Assembly (NCBI GenBank): GCA_026416535.1
Contig: JAOAFA010000121.1
Location: forward strand, 12,153-76,152
Direction of reading: 5' to 3'
From: Deltaproteobacteria bacterium
GTDB taxonomy: Bacteria > Myxococcota > SpSt-1050
DNA: 64,000 nt
Position 1 is the stretch's first letter; the number at the start of each line of letters is the position of its first letter. Below, in pieces: positions 57,705 through 64,000 of the stretch. The translations under genes were made by a program, and so were the position numbers. The notes under the pieces are model-generated. The model did not search any database. It saw nothing but the letters and a program-made list of their open reading frames with translations, and was not told the DNA's origin.

Positions 57705-59030
57705 ATGGATAGTAGTAAGGCGGATTTTGATGTTGTAATAATAGGATTAGGAGTGGCGGGTTCATTATTGGCTTATAATCTTGCAAGGTCAGGTTTTAAG
57801 GTTGCCGGGTTAGAAAAGGGGGAGAAAGGGTATGTAAGGACAGTTTGGACGAATGAGATACCAATAGATACCTTAAAGAGTAGTTTACTTAGTGATAGTG
57901 AATTAATTTATGAAGTTATGCCAGAGACAATGGCCGTACTTAAACAGTCTGGAGAAACGGCCTTTTACATCGATGTGAGAAGATTTGTCAAAGCAATTGA
58001 TATGGAGGCGTTTGTCAAAAATTATAGAAATGCTGCGAGTAAGCTTGGAGCTAAATTAATGTACAATTCTGAATTCACGGGACTAAGGGCTAATCCAGAT
58101 AATGTTGTATGTGTTTTCAAAGAGGGTAAAAAAGAATTTAGTATAGAAAGCAGGTTCGTTGTTGATTGTTCAGGGGTAGGTTCTATTATTAGGAGAGACA
58201 TCTTCAAAGATCAATTTTCTGAGGCAGATTTCATCTTTGCTTATAGATATAAATACAATGTCCACCCTAAGAAAATTAAGAGATTTTGGTGTAACCGTAG
58301 ACTAGCAGATGGATCTGCTGTTTTGAGTCTCTCGGAACAAGGAGGATTTAATACAATAGCCATATATCCGAATGTTGATGAGGGTTTGGTGGATATTTTG
58401 TGCGGAGGGAGTGATAGAAATATTCAGAAAAGGATAGCAGAGATTGTCCGGAGGGAATTTAATATATTAAAAAAGCCTTTAATGGGTGGAGGTGGAATTA
58501 TACCCATTAGGAGACCATTTTTGAGAATTTATGAGAATAGAGTTTTTAGTATAGGGGATTCAGCCTCTATGGTCTATCCCTTTTGTGCCTCCGGTGTATC
58601 TACGATTATTAATGCCTCAGAGATTCTCATTGATGCATTGAAGAGAGATGATCCTTATAGCTATCAGCGGAATTTTAATTTATTGATATCAAGAAAATAT
58701 GCATTTATGGCATTCTTAAGGAGGATCATTGAGGAATCAGATAAAGATGAGGCTCGGCTCCTCTTTGAACTCTTTATAAACCAGGTGACCATAAAACATG
58801 TCTTCGGTAATAAGGATGTTCTAACTCCTGAGAACGTCTTACTATCTTTGTTTAAGATACCGCTGCTTTTTAAAAGACCTTCTTTATTAAAGAAATTTGC
58901 TATCTATTTGCTTGCGGGGGGACTAAGTTCTGTATTATATTATTTTGGTCATGAGAAGGATGTAAAGCCGATAGACTTGGCTTTTATTGAGAGTAGACTC
59001 CCAAAACTCTTTGAGAGGTTGAGGCTATGA
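57705..59030 (+). CDS. FAD-dependent oxidoreductase (geranylgeranyl reductase-like family)
   Basis: FDVVIIGLGVAGSLLAYNLARSG dinucleotide-binding motif. GDSASMVYPFCASGV resembles the GD(A/S)AG motif of FAD-dependent reductases. Confidence 0.6.
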   Translation: MDSSKADFDVVIIGLGVAGSLLAYNLARSGFKVAGLEKGEKGYVRTVWTNEIPIDTLKSSLLSDSELIYEVMPETMAVLKQSGETAFYIDVRRFVKAIDMEAFVKNYRNAASKLGAKLMYNSEFTGLRANPDNVVCVFKEGKKEFSIESRFVVDCSGVGSIIRRDIFKDQFSEADFIFAYRYKYNVHPKKIKRFWCNRRLADGSAVLSLSEQGGFNTIAIYPNVDEGLVDILCGGSDRNIQKRIAEIVRREFNILKKPLMGGGGIIPIRRPFLRIYENRVFSIGDSASMVYPFCASGVSTIINASEILIDALKRDDPYSYQRNFNLLISRKYAFMAFLRRIIEESDKDEARLLFELFINQVTIKHVFGNKDVLTPENVLLSLFKIPLLFKRPSLLKKFAIYLLAGGLSSVLYYFGHEKDVKPIDLAFIESRLPKLFERLRL

Positions 59031-59725
59031 ACAGGATAGTAATGCTATTAGCATTTGCTTGTTTTACTCAGAATGTTTTTGCTAATGAGGGATTCTATGT
59101 TTCGTTGGGAGTAGGTGCTGACATGTTTTATGGTGAGCAATTCCCCTCTGAGGTAATTTATAAGAATGGCTCTCCTGTAGTAATAATAAGTGGAAACAGA
59201 CAAAAAGAGGCGACAACTGATATTGTCTCGACAGATCTTGGGAATATGCCCGCAGTTGATTTTAATATGGGGTATAATATTTTAAACTATGCTTCGATTG
59301 AGTTGAAGTTGAATTTTACAGGTTCGGATATTTCTAAGAAGGGGGAAAGAAAGGGTGGTGGTTTTATCTCGGGTGTTGCAAAGTACCATCCTATTAATCA
59401 TTGGAAGAAGAATTATTTTGTTGACCCTTATATCTTTTTGGGTGGTGGATATTCTATGATAGGTATGAATGTAGAAGAGTGGGGTTTTGTTGAGAAACAG
59501 TCTAAGGCAATAGCCGGAGGCTTCTTCGAAATGGGTCTTGGGACAGATCTGTATATCAAAAAGTGGTTTTCAATCTTTCTGGATTTAAACTTTTATTTTC
59601 CATCCTATTCAAAGTTTTATTATGACTGGGATAAAGATATTATCCATGAGATGAACACCACACCTGATACAGTAGTATTTTCGATAGTTTTTGGGAGTAG
59701 GTTTCACTTTAACATTAAAGAATAA
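59027..59725 (+). CDS. Outer-membrane beta-barrel protein (OmpA-like or porin-family small barrel)
   Basis: Signal peptide MNRIVMLLAFACFTQNVFA. Gly/Tyr-rich amphipathic strands. C-terminal ...RFHFNIKE. The start overlaps the upstream stop (ATGA). Confidence 0.55.
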   Translation: MNRIVMLLAFACFTQNVFANEGFYVSLGVGADMFYGEQFPSEVIYKNGSPVVIISGNRQKEATTDIVSTDLGNMPAVDFNMGYNILNYASIELKLNFTGSDISKKGERKGGGFISGVAKYHPINHWKKNYFVDPYIFLGGGYSMIGMNVEEWGFVEKQSKAIAGGFFEMGLGTDLYIKKWFSIFLDLNFYFPSYSKFYYDWDKDIIHEMNTTPDTVVFSIVFGSRFHFNIKE

Positions 59726-59748
59726 AATTATAGGGAATGTAAAAGACT

Positions 59749-60798
59749 ATGGTGAGTCCATTTGTAATAATAGCCCTGACATTGATATTACTTGTAGTCC
59801 TCTTTTTTCCATTTATCTTTCGTAAGGTCGAAGAAAATTTGGAGATATTCCTATTTTTTATGGGTGTTATTTCACTTATAGTGACGAATAGCCTTCACTT
59901 ACACATTATTGTTGAGGGTCTGCATGAGCCCATTAAGATTTCATTAGCGGTTTTGTTTGCAGGTCTGCTATTTAAGTATACTCATAAGCATATAAAAGGT
60001 CTTGTATATTTTTCTCTGAAAAAGATCCCTTTCGAACTTTTTATCTTTTTAGTAGTTGTGATACTTGGTCTTTTGTCGAGTATAATTACGGCTATTATTG
60101 CATCGCTCGTTCTTGTTGAGATTATCAATGTGCTAAAAATGGATCGTAAACATGAGGTATTTTATGTAGTAGTCGCGTGTCTGTCTATTGGATTGGGGGC
60201 AGCACTGACACCTATAGGAGAACCGCTCTCTACAATAGCTATTAGTAAGCTCAAGGCATGGCCACAGGTAGACTTCTTTTATCTCTTTAGATTGCTTGGT
60301 CCTTTTATAATACCTTTAGTTATAATCTCAGGGGTGGTTGCCGGTATGTATAAAGGTCATAAGGCGGATGATACACTATCGGAATCAGAAGAGGATGAAA
60401 GGAAGGTTGAGTCGATAAGAGAGATCTTATTTAGGAGTTTTAAGGTGTACCTATTTGTCATGGCACTTGTGTTTTTGGGTTATGGTTTTAAACCGATTAT
60501 TGATAATTATGTTTTGAAACTCTCTCCGCTTGTACTATATTGGGTAAATACAATATCCGCGGTGGTGGATAATGCTACTCTCACAGCAGCAGAGATAAGT
60601 ACTTCTATGACAGAGGAACAGGTGAGGGATCTCTTGCTCGGTTTATTAATTGCCGGTGTGATGCTTATACCTGGAAATATACCTAATATCATCTGTGCGA
60701 GTAAATTGAAGATCAAATCTCGAGAATGGGCGAAGATTGGTGTCCCGATGGGGATTATACTTTTGATAATAGTCTTCATTGTTCTACTTTTTGTTTGA
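59749..60798 (+). CDS. Polytopic membrane protein (DUF1646-like putative cation transporter)
   Basis: About 10 TM helices. Confidence 0.4.
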   Translation: MVSPFVIIALTLILLVVLFFPFIFRKVEENLEIFLFFMGVISLIVTNSLHLHIIVEGLHEPIKISLAVLFAGLLFKYTHKHIKGLVYFSLKKIPFELFIFLVVVILGLLSSIITAIIASLVLVEIINVLKMDRKHEVFYVVVACLSIGLGAALTPIGEPLSTIAISKLKAWPQVDFFYLFRLLGPFIIPLVIISGVVAGMYKGHKADDTLSESEEDERKVESIREILFRSFKVYLFVMALVFLGYGFKPIIDNYVLKLSPLVLYWVNTISAVVDNATLTAAEISTSMTEEQVRDLLLGLLIAGVMLIPGNIPNIICASKLKIKSREWAKIGVPMGIILLIIVFIVLLFV

Positions 60799-60815
60799 CT
60801 TCATTTAAGAGAATT

Positions 60816-62321
60816 TTATTTACAAAAGTATTTGGGAACCTTTAAGTGGATAGGTAAAGAGTTATTGACCTCTTCGGCAATTTTGGCAAAATCGGTTAAA
60901 CTATAATTTGCAATAAAAGTCTCTGTTTTTATTATTCCTATTGATTTATTGGTTTTATTTGATACCGATATACTTAGTTTGCAGGACTCTGGCAGATGTA
61001 ATGTCCCTAAATCGAGATCCTCCTCTATGCAAATTGGCTCTGAGATAAGGTTTGAAATATGTGGTTCATGAGATGCAATCTCGATCCTATATTCTCCTCT
61101 ATGTATATACGTCATAAATTCGCCTCGATCATTAGGTACTAGTGAATTCTCAATATTGACGTTATCTATTTGTTTTTTGGTACATCCACCTAATCGTCTG
61201 ATATTTATCTTTGGAACAATCTTTTCTTGATTCGGTAATAAACTTCCCTTTAGCAGTATTTTTTTGTTGATGTTTGAAAAATTTTTATTGGTAAATGGAA
61301 CGTAGATATTATCTATAGTGGTTATGCTCCAACGACTATTGTGTATATCCTCTGGAATAGTAAGAAATGTGTATTTTCCTTCTCTCAACTCTGCCTCAAA
61401 ATAACCTGTTGAATCAGAAATAAAGCTCTTTGTATAGTTAAAATCGCTACTTTCCATTTTTGCCACTATGCGAATTTTCTCGTTGGATGAGACAGACCCA
61501 GATACATTTCTTAATTGTGGGACGAAACCGAGGTTTATGGTTCCTATTTGTATTATGCCCTCTGATATAATATCTTCAAATTTTATTACTGGCCAATCAG
61601 GATTTTTCTCTGAACCATATAACATAAGTGAGAAGGTATCCTCTTTGTGGGGGATTATGAGTGCAAATCTCCCCTTCTCATCAGTTGTGGAAAAGTTAGA
61701 TTGAAGGGTTATTCCGTTGTAATACTCTTTGAAGGCAACAACATTGATTCCTTCCACTGGAATTCCACTCTTTGAATCCAATGTTATGTTTCCATAGACA
61801 TATCTTATATTATCAGCAGATGGATAATCAATTGTCAGGTCCGAGATATCATTATTTACTTCTATTTTTTTCATGAATTGGGGGGTTGAATCATTCTTAT
61901 GTGGGGAGATCAGAATAGTGTAACTTCCTTTCTTTAGTATTGTGCAGAATTTACCATTTTGGTCGGTTTCGCTTGTGTGTGGATTAGTGAGTGTGTCTGG
62001 TATATCAGGTATGAACCTGATATTTGCGTGAACGGGCGATTCTAAGTATTTGATGGAGCCGCAGACACTGTGTAGCATTGGGAGGGTAATATTTACGTTA
62101 GGGCCATTTGATTTATTATGTGGAATTGTAAGTTGCATTTGAGATTTTCTTTCTATCTCTACAGTTAATCTTATGTAAATCGTCTCAAGATTGTAATACG
62201 ATTTATCACAGCCACCTATTATGAAGCAGTTGTTTTGTGATGAGTCATCTCTTATAAGATCATAACAGGCTATGATAGAAAATAGCATAAGTAAAAACAA
62301 GTAGTTAAAAACAGTCTTCAA
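60816..62321 (-). CDS. Lipoprotein with repeated carboxypeptidase-regulatory-like (CarboxypepD_reg, Ig-like) domains
   Basis: Lipobox IIAC. Repeats of the type G.V....G.P..G..V........TDE.GRF.L....G.Y. Confidence 0.5.
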   Translation of the reverse strand: MKTVFNYLFLLMLFSIIACYDLIRDDSSQNNCFIIGGCDKSYYNLETIYIRLTVEIERKSQMQLTIPHNKSNGPNVNITLPMLHSVCGSIKYLESPVHANIRFIPDIPDTLTNPHTSETDQNGKFCTILKKGSYTILISPHKNDSTPQFMKKIEVNNDISDLTIDYPSADNIRYVYGNITLDSKSGIPVEGINVVAFKEYYNGITLQSNFSTTDEKGRFALIIPHKEDTFSLMLYGSEKNPDWPVIKFEDIISEGIIQIGTINLGFVPQLRNVSGSVSSNEKIRIVAKMESSDFNYTKSFISDSTGYFEAELREGKYTFLTIPEDIHNSRWSITTIDNIYVPFTNKNFSNINKKILLKGSLLPNQEKIVPKINIRRLGGCTKKQIDNVNIENSLVPNDRGEFMTYIHRGEYRIEIASHEPHISNLISEPICIEEDLDLGTLHLPESCKLSISVSNKTNKSIGIIKTETFIANYSLTDFAKIAEEVNNSLPIHLKVPKYFCK

Positions 62322-62871
62322 GTTGGATCACCGTCCATGATATGTAGTCTATGTTTCCCCCCTTCTCGACAGCCTTGAATGGCGGGGGCTCTGTTGAATC
62401 CTGTAGAAAAGGTCTATCTGCTAATATGACTTCCACTGTGTGAATTGATCCTCTTGATTTATGTGGCAAAATAGAATTCTTTATATCCAGTGTAAAACTG
62501 TCTCCACTTCTTGTAATACTCTTTTTATCAGAGGCAGGAATAACGGAGCTTTTTTGGTAGTTTTTAATATATTCATAGTCAATATACCACCGAACATATA
62601 ACATATCATTGGTATCGAGTTCGGTTACTTCTGAAAATGAAAATTCTTTTTTGCAAAGTGAATCAATCTTTACGATGGGAGTCTCTGGACTAATCCTAGC
62701 CTTGTTTATGAGAGGAGGTCTATTATTAGCTTCTAAAACTTTTATCTCCGGCATGTCTAGACACGAAGTCATTAAAACCCAATTGACGACCATACTAAAT
62801 GTTACTACATTATATAGTTGTTTTCTATACATATGGGTTATAGCTGGTGTATGTTGAGGCATTTTAGTCAT
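62305..62871 (-). CDS. Lipoprotein, unknown function
   Basis: Lipobox LMTSC. The start overlaps the stop of the upstream sigma-54 activator (ATGA). Confidence 0.45.
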   Translation of the reverse strand: MTKMPQHTPAITHMYRKQLYNVVTFSMVVNWVLMTSCLDMPEIKVLEANNRPPLINKARISPETPIVKIDSLCKKEFSFSEVTELDTNDMLYVRWYIDYEYIKNYQKSSVIPASDKKSITRSGDSFTLDIKNSILPHKSRGSIHTVEVILADRPFLQDSTEPPPFKAVEKGGNIDYISWTVIQLEDCF

Positions 62872-64000
62872 ATTGTTTCATCTTCTATGTCCTCAAGATA
62901 CCTAAATATTGTTCTTGGATCAACACCCAGCTCTTTTGCTGTCTTTGTTCTATTGCCTCCGTTTCTTCTGAGTGCTTGTAATATGTATCTCCTCTGAAAT
63001 TCTTCTCTCGCTTGAGCGAGAGGTAGAATAGGGGTCTCAGATTCCTCAGATAATTCTAAGTCTTCCTTTTCGATTAGTGTGTGTTTTGAGAGTATGACGG
63101 CCTTTTTGATCCGGTTTTCCATCTCCCTTATGTTTCCGGGCCATGTGTAGTTATTGATAGCTTTTATTGCTCTAATTGAAAACCCCTCTACAGGGGAGTT
63201 ATATTCTTTTCTAAATTTTTCAAGATAATATTTTGCAATCAACATGATGTCCTCACCTCTATCTCTTAGAGGTGGTAAATAGAATTTTACGACATTGATT
63301 CTGTAGTAGAGATCTTGTCTAAACTTCTTGTTTTTGATCAGTTCTTCAAGTTTTTGGTTTGTTGCACAGATTATTCTCACGTCGACCTCTTCTGGTGTGT
63401 TTGAACCTACCTTGGTTACTGTTTTGTCCTGTAGTGCTCGCAGCAGCTTGGTTTGTAAGGTAATAGGCATATCACCTATCTCATCAAGAAAGAGGGTTCC
63501 ACCCGATGCAAGTTGGAACTTGCCTTCCCTTGTGGATATTGCCCCTGTGAAGGCACCCTTTATGTGTCCAAATAACTCACTCTCTAGTAAGTCTTTGGGG
63601 ATTGCAGCACAGTTGATCACTACAAAAGGACCGTTTTTACGAGGTGAGTTGTTGTGTATCTCTCTTGCTAGGATCTCTTTTCCTGTTCCAGTCTCACCTT
63701 CTATAAGGACAGTGACATCTGTTTGAGCAACCTTTTTCATCTTCTCCATTATGTCTGTCATGTAGGGACTTGTATAAATGATGTTATTGAAGTTTTTTGT
63801 GTCTAAATCTTGCTCTAGTCTATTAATATGCAACGCAGATTTTAGAAGGAGAGTTACTTGGGATGCGAAGATAGTTATTATCTCAAGTGAGGATTGATCA
63901 AAAAGATTTACAATGTTATCGTTGCCTAAGTAGATTAATCCAAGGATATTCTCTTGATAAATCAATGGCACACATATAACTGAGCAAAGTTTTAAATTAA
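62868..64000 (-). CDS. Sigma-54-dependent transcriptional activator with N-terminal GAF-like sensor domain (5' end beyond window)
   Basis: GETGTGKE Walker A. GAFTGA motif. C-terminal HTH RTKTAKELGVDPRTIFR. The ORF remains open through to position 64000. Confidence 0.9.
   Translation of the reverse strand, partial: NLKLCSVICVPLIYQENILGLIYLGNDNIVNLFDQSSLEIITIFASQVTLLLKSALHINRLEQDLDTKNFNNIIYTSPYMTDIMEKMKKVAQTDVTVLIEGETGTGKEILAREIHNNSPRKNGPFVVINCAAIPKDLLESELFGHIKGAFTGAISTREGKFQLASGGTLFLDEIGDMPITLQTKLLRALQDKTVTKVGSNTPEEVDVRIICATNQKLEELIKNKKFRQDLYYRINVVKFYLPPLRDRGEDIMLIAKYYLEKFRKEYNSPVEGFSIRAIKAINNYTWPGNIREMENRIKKAVILSKHTLIEKEDLELSEESETPILPLAQAREEFQRRYILQALRRNGGNRTKTAKELGVDPRTIFRYLEDIEDETI

Noticed and set aside
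1-64000. Mobile elements, CRISPR arrays, additional tRNAs or rRNA
   Set aside because: No transposase, integrase or recombinase-like ORFs were seen. There are no arrays of regularly spaced direct repeats. No terminal inverted repeats flank any gene block. Only one GC-rich cloverleaf-capable segment (54244-54316) stands out against the AT-rich background.

Overview
The window is an AT-rich (by eye) bacterial chromosomal segment with dense, mostly operonic gene organisation. There are no transposases, integrases, CRISPR arrays or rRNA genes, and only one tRNA, tRNA-Val(GAC), was found.

Conserved core genes:
- 2-oxoacid:ferredoxin oxidoreductase genes (partial alpha subunit, gamma subunit), with an unusual GltD-like/ferredoxin fusion gene between them
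- the thrS-infC-rpmI-rplT-pheS-pheT-merR block
- V-type H+-pyrophosphatase (hppA)
- endonuclease III, alanine dehydrogenase, PgpA
- transporters: POT, OFA and CDF families, plus an SGLT-like sodium:solute symporter

Accessory and regulatory content:
- A sugar-utilisation-like operon: GH5 lipoprotein, an outer-membrane beta-barrel, an SGLT-like symporter with a small subunit, then ald.
- A five-gene same-strand operon, the most interesting candidate system. It encodes a CpaC-type secretin, an FHA-fused CpaF-type ATPase, a tandem-FHA/TM/TPR protein, an MMPL/RND exporter and PgpA. It carries no TadB/TadC platform or pilin genes. It looks like a Kil/Tad-like (FHA-rich) envelope machine, possibly coupled to lipid export.
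- A nearby operon encoding an MshEN(T2SSE_N)-REC-TPR regulator, a GltJ-like protein (zinc ribbon, GYF, one TM, TonB-C-like domain), a DUF1460 amidase-like protein and a CDF transporter.
- A metallophosphoesterase whose catalytic motifs are interrupted by a transmembrane insertion.
- Two sigma-54 activators, a hybrid histidine kinase, and a frameshifted response-regulator pseudogene.
- Several outer-membrane beta-barrels and lipoproteins.
- Unusually long, repeat-bearing intergenic regions.

Gene content (FHA/TPR/sigma-54 richness, Glt-like and Tad-like parts, pheT-merR synteny) suggests a low-GC deltaproteobacteria-like organism of the Bdellovibrionota/Myxococcota type. This is inference only. 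All calls rest on reading the six-frame translations and motifs; no searches were run.
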